A stretch of DNA of 63,460 bases, filler included, from Globobulimina sp. (taxonomy: Eukaryota), in assembly GCA_003354225.1 (NCBI GenBank). It is 50 parts of 50 records of this genome, joined end to end, with 100 filler letters (N's around TTAATTAATTAA, not from the genome) between each part and the next. Parts side by side here need not be neighbours in the genome. Positions count along the whole stretch, not along the records: positions 62,291 to 63,460 come from PIVH01021774.1; 49 more parts are not named here. One strand, given 5' to 3'. The translations under genes were made by a program, and so were the position numbers. The notes below the pieces were generated by a model. That model saw nothing but the letters and a program-made list of their open reading frames with translations, was not told the DNA's origin and searched no databases. This document shows positions 62,460 to 63,460 of this stretch, piece by piece (the first letter of the stretch is position 1; every line of letters starts with the position of its first letter).

Positions 62460-62988
62460 ATCGGTGCGAAATGTAACAACCATTAATTGTACAGTGGAAG
62501 TGCTGGAAATTGCGCAGAAGTCGCCGTTGCCGATAATAACGCCCAGTATTATTACAATGAAAAGGAGCTTCCGCTATGAATGGGCGATTGACGCTGAATT
62601 ATTTTTTGCTTTTAAGAAGTTGACGAAGAATGAGGAGTTTTGCTCGCCGAATTTTGGAAATGGGAATTGGACATTGACCATTGTTCAAAAACGCAATTGG
62701 GCGTCGACGGTGCCATTGGGCTGGGTGTTGACTTTGAGATTATTGAAGTTGCCGTCAAAAGTGAGGCAAGTGATGACCAAATTCATTGTAAAGGGCAATG
62801 TTTATAACACAGAGTATGAGTTTCGGGCCTTTTCTTATAAGGATATGGAGTTCAAATCGAAGATGGAAGCGGAAATTGAGAATGTGGATGCTTTGAAATT
62901 GAGTGTAGATTTGGAGATTTTGAATGTGTTTGATTTTAGTGGATGTGTTAAGCGTTATGATTGGAGCAAATATGGAATTATTGGATGA
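62460..62988 (+). CDS. MATH/TRAF-like domain protein, 5' partial
   Basis: FRYEWAID..FCSPNF..WTL..LRLLKLP..LSVDLEIL pattern. Confidence 0.45.
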
Positions 62989-63460
62989 AATGAATCAAAT
63001 TGTATTAGTGTGAAGGTAATTTTATTCTGTTCTTTTTTGTGTATGTATTTGTTTTTTGTTAACAGTTTTAATTAAATTTTATCACTCACAGTATGCTGGA
63101 TTGGTGGTAGAATTTCCTCTGCAAAGGCACCTTTGCCGCGGAATTCTTCCATCAATCCGATATAGTGTGCTTTTATTTGTCAGATTATGAAAACAATCTT
63201 TCGCTCACGTGCAAACGTCCCATTTAATATCAACAAATGACAACAATGTATTGATTTCTTAAAGTTTTGAAGATATGTAATTTGTGATAGTCAGAGTGTT
63301 TTGAAGAAAGATGTAAAGAAAACAGTTAAGTCACACTAACATCACCACAATTTGTGTAGGCATCAGCACACTAACTCTGTCGTCATTTTGCTTGCTTTGT
63401 TTCAACGATATTATGAAGTCATTGCTGGCATGGTTTACGTATACAATCATATACATCAAT

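Noticed and set aside
62291..62460. GC-richer 5' part of ORF 62299-62988 as a real N-terminal domain
   Set aside because: The composition differs and no motif is recognisable; possibly another chimeric junction, which cannot be resolved here.

Overview
This window is not contiguous genomic DNA. It is 50 unrelated contigs of 1170-1172 bp, sorted by length and joined by an artificial 100-nt linker (N44-TTAATTAATTAA-N44, stops in all six frames), so gene neighbourhood across linkers means nothing. Most contigs are AT-rich eukaryotic gene fragments with short GT-AG introns. They include Cdh1/Fzr, PI3K, chitin synthase, a CNBD-family K+ channel, VPS35L, PI31, GGT, SET, TBC, synapsin-like, DDX60-like, 7TM-RGS and HSPA12-like proteins. 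I infer a protist host, possibly foraminiferan/rhizarian, but this is unverified. There is also one wholly bacterial contig (LuxR plus TPP-dependent E1 alpha), a metazoan-type Fer/Fes kinase, and several contigs that fuse eukaryotic and foreign sequence at abrupt junctions, as expected from whole-genome-amplification chimeras. Mobile DNA is abundant: a Penelope-like element with a minimal hammerhead ribozyme, a SWIM-finger/Merlin-type transposase, an RNase H-terminated LINE end, a REL-endonuclease retroelement end and a complete Harbinger-type MITE. The most unusual candidate is a spliced gene (48319-49489) whose exons read through several TAA/TAG codons and stop only at TGA, which hints at a non-standard genetic code. 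All calls come from motif recognition by eye; no database searches were run.
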